Shown here: positions 62,641 through 64,000 of the stretch, piece by piece
How the letters are laid out: each line of letters starts with the position of its first letter
Numbering within the stretch: position 1 is the first letter of the stretch
Assembly (NCBI GenBank): GCA_903813345.2
Contig: CAIIXF020000001.1
Span: 124,001 to 188,000, forward strand
Reading direction: 5' to 3'
Length of the DNA: 64,000 nt
Source of the DNA: Owenia fusiformis
Lineage: Eukaryota
Notes under the pieces: generated by a model
Seen by the model: the letters and a program-made list of their open reading frames with translations, nothing else
What the model was told of the DNA's origin: nothing
Databases searched by the model: none
Program-made: the position numbers and the translations under genes

Positions 62641-64000
62641 TATTTCTTATCTGACATATCTTGTGGCCCGCACTAGGTTTAACATCCGTGCCTATTCGGC
62701 CCTTGATGCAAAAATTTTAATTGTGGCCTATGGCAGCGCATGAAATTCAATTCGCGTTTTATTAATAACTGAGAATTTGCTACCAATGAAAGCTTAGCAC
62801 GGAAGTTAAACCCAATCATGGCAACAAGAACATTCAGATTAATAAATAATAAAAACTGTGGTATTGGGTTTACTTGTTGAACTATGTTCAGCTCATGCTT
62901 TAAGATGCAGTGGTTCATAATTGACTGTTCCGCCTTATCTTGCACCAAGACCATCTCTTCGTCCTGGTTTTGGAGTTAGTCTATATCCAACAGACTGAAT
63001 ATCTTGAGAATTCAGTCTATTGATCATCATGTCACTCCTGTGGGAAAAAACATGGAATTTTCTGCACAAAATTGTCGAATTTAGGAAGCTTCACTTCCCA
63101 AAAATAAACATAATAACAATTTAGGTACAATTAGATGCTATAAGAAGTAACACATCATATTGTTAAATGGAAATAAAGCTAGGGGAAGTAACAAATATGC
63201 AAATTAACTTACTCCATCGTCCATTTTGAATGACACTTCCTATATAAACAAATATTTTTCGATCCCACATTTTAACATATGTGGGCTATAGTCTGAATAT
63301 TTTCAATCCAAATTTCAAAAAAAATTCAGACAAGAGGCAAGAAGCACACATTATATTTTCAAAATTCAAAATTTATCGGTGCTAGCTTAACGCATATATT
63401 TCTTACCTCTATTGATTCTTGACTTCACAAGAAGGAGTCTTGCCCTAGACTATATCCTATTCACTCTGAATATATTCAGACTATAGTCTGTTAAACTGCC
63501 TCAAGACAATAAGTTGAACCAAATAGATAAGAAGTAGTGCCTTACGGTAATGCCGGGTTGTCGGCAGCGGCAGTAGATACTCTCAATTGCTGGCAATAAA
63601 ATCCATTGCCGATAATCGCCACGCTGCTGCAACATGATGATTGGCATTGCGATCCATTGTCAAATTTACGAAACAATGTTCGTTTAAGAATGTTTTATCA
63701 TGATATTTCAATCTCCACATTTGAAGAGCTAATCTGTCAATCAACTGCACAGCAATCGTAAAAGGCGGAAGGATAAGCAAAAACCCACCCACTTCTGTCA
63801 ATCATCGCCCATGCCGCGAGATTTACAAAACACATGACATTAGATTTCGGCGAAGTAAAAAACAAACACAAATAGTTTGATCAATTTTAATCGAATTCAC
63901 TCTTTATTATCGTTTCAAAGACTTCCTAACAATACACAATCACACACAAGATACTACGAGGTTATATAATGGGTCATTTTGTATATCGTATTTATACTCG

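Noticed and set aside
62679-62954. 91-aa ORF as RAD23 exon 2 or another gene
   Set aside because: Wrong strand for RAD23, no VKALKEKI/QKLIYAGKIL-like sequence, and no recognisable motif.

Overview
AT-rich animal (probably invertebrate) genomic DNA; no prokaryotic system or CRISPR array is present. Two host genes lie head-to-head. A canopy/saposin-like ER protein gene (CNPY2-like, minus strand) has four coding exons at 32289-32394, 26675-26790, 24629-24826 and 6618-6714; its last exon lies left of the window. RAD23 has its first coding exon on the plus strand at 57396-57461. Almost everything else is intronic repeat: a >6.6 kb 86-bp satellite, decayed LINEs (RTEX-like, two related CR1-group, one I-group), a near-intact Mag-type Gypsy, a second Gypsy remnant with a 1.7-kb LTR, Helentron-type satellite carriers, and nested MITE/foldback elements. 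Most notable: (1) the 86-bp satellite is an amplified copy of a CNPY2 exon end plus its splice donor; (2) both CR1-group elements carry a 2A/StopGo-like NPGP motif just before the endonuclease, one behind a multi-transmembrane leader and the other fused in frame to an RTEX reverse transcriptase; (3) these two elements share a covarying 3' stem-loop; (4) a 49-bp minisatellite arose at the catalytic motif of a fossil Tc1/mariner transposase. All family assignments come from motif recognition by eye, not database searches.
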